Part shown: one piece after another, positions 62,983-64,000 of the stretch
Layout: each line of letters begins with the position of its first letter
Numbering within the stretch: position 1 is the first letter of the stretch
DNA from: an uncultured delta proteobacterium
Lineage (GTDB): Bacteria > Desulfobacterota > Syntrophia > Syntrophales > UBA2185
Reading direction: 5' to 3'
Length of the DNA stretch: 64,000 nucleotides
Assembly (NCBI GenBank): GCA_963729715.1
Contig: CAVSPA010000004.1
Span: forward strand, 192,001 to 256,000
The notes under the pieces: model-generated
The model's database searches: none
What the model saw: the letters and a program-made list of their open reading frames with translations, nothing else
Told to the model about the DNA's origin: nothing
Program-made: the position numbers and the translations under genes

Positions 62983-64000
62983 ATGCTGGATGATCATGTA
63001 AAAGAGACATTAACATTTGACGACCTTCTTCTCGTACCTTGCGAATCGAGCATTCTTCCCAAGGACGCAGAAACCTCGACCCTCCTCACTAATAATATTA
63101 CACTGAATATCCCGATTGTGAGCGCCGCCATGGATACAGTCACAGAATCCGGGACTGCCATTTGTCTTGCCCAGGAGGGAGGCATAGGGATCATCCACCG
63201 CAACATGAGCATTGAAAAGCAGGTGATCGAGGTTGATAAAGTAAAAAAATCGGAGAGCGGCATGATTGTGGATCCGATTACAATCGAACCTGAGCAGAAG
63301 GTTCACGATGCCCTCGAAGTCATGAACAAATACAGGATATCCGGCGTTCCCGTAGTCAAAAATCGCAGGCTCGTCGGAATCCTGACAAACAGGGATCTGA
63401 GATTTGAAACTAACCTTGATCAGCCTGTTGCGAATGTAATGACAAAAGATGATCTCGTTACGGTTTCATCAAATATAAGCTTAGAAGAGTCAAAGAAACT
63501 GCTGCATAAGCATAGAATAGAAAAATTGCTGGTCGTGGATGACGCATATAACTTAAAGGGAATGATTACCATTAAGGATATAGAAAAGATAAGGAGATAT
63601 CCCAATTCCTGCAAGGATTCCCGCGGCAGGCTGCGAGTAGGTGCCGCTGTCGGCATCATTGACAGGGAAGCGCGGGTAGATGCTCTATTATCTGCGGGTG
63701 TTGACGTAATTGTCATAGATACCTCGCATGGGCACTCTGTGGGTGTTTTGGATGCCATTAAAGATACAAAAATAAACTTTCCGGCCTGTGAACTGATTGC
63801 CGGCAATGTGGCCACCTCTGAGGGAGCGGAAGCTCTGATTAGTGCGGGCGTGGATGCAATCAAGGTGGGAGTCGGTCCCGGATCGATATGCACCACACGG
63901 ATAATCGCTGGCGTCGGTATCCCGCAGATGAGCGCCATAAGAGATGCGGCCAAGGTAGCAAAGAAATACGATATCCCGGTCATTTCCGACGGAGGCATTA
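62983..64000 (+). CDS. guaB: IMP dehydrogenase (3' truncated by window edge)
   Basis: [22 protein letters not shown] pair, [13 protein letters not shown]. Confidence 0.97.
   Translation, partial: MLDDHVKETLTFDDLLLVPCESSILPKDAETSTLLTNNITLNIPIVSAAMDTVTESGTAICLAQEGGIGIIHRNMSIEKQVIEVDKVKKSESGMIVDPITIEPEQKVHDALEVMNKYRISGVPVVKNRRLVGILTNRDLRFETNLDQPVANVMTKDDLVTVSSNISLEESKKLLHKHRIEKLLVVDDAYNLKGMITIKDIEKIRRYPNSCKDSRGRLRVGAAVGIIDREARVDALLSAGVDVIVIDTSHGHSVGVLDAIKDTKINFPACELIAGNVATSEGAEALISAGVDAIKVGVGPGSICTTRIIAGVGIPQMSAIRDAAKVAKKYDIPVISDGGI

Overview
Bacterial chromosome segment, most consistent with a Syntrophales-like deltaproteobacterium (inferred from gene content and order). Housekeeping backbone on the left (miaA, PPIase, hybrid kinase, panG-panB with a pan-type leader RNA, tilS-ftsH-folP-acpS-tsaE-lysC, broken comEA, Slt) and right (gloB, tRNA-Leu-tig-clpP-clpX-lon, tRNA-Val/Asp, corC-lnt-prfB with programmed frameshift, mltD, phoH-7TM-HD-ybeY, M20/M16 peptidases, radical SAM, dtd, guaB). 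Between them is a decayed ~21.4 kb genomic island integrated at tRNA-Pro(GGG) (25 bp repeat at 15285-15309 and 36729-36753; only an integrase C-terminal remnant left). The island carries an envelope/general-stress gene set (BON x2, cardiolipin synthase, phospholipase A, CsbD, lmo0937-type x2, SYLF, Spy/CpxP, vWA-OmpA) next to a PAS sigma54 activator and a duplicated enhancer + sigma54 promoter cassette, an IS200 lacking its left end, gene remnants (Rhs, histidine kinase), and a stack of three mobile elements within ~60 bp of ancestral DNA: an IS1-like element in the loop of an intrinsic terminator, a class C group II intron directly after that terminator, and a class D group II intron 17 bp further on. 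A 141 bp miniature of the IS200 interrupts a DUF2156-like pseudogene just outside the island. All family assignments are from motif recognition by eye, not database searches.
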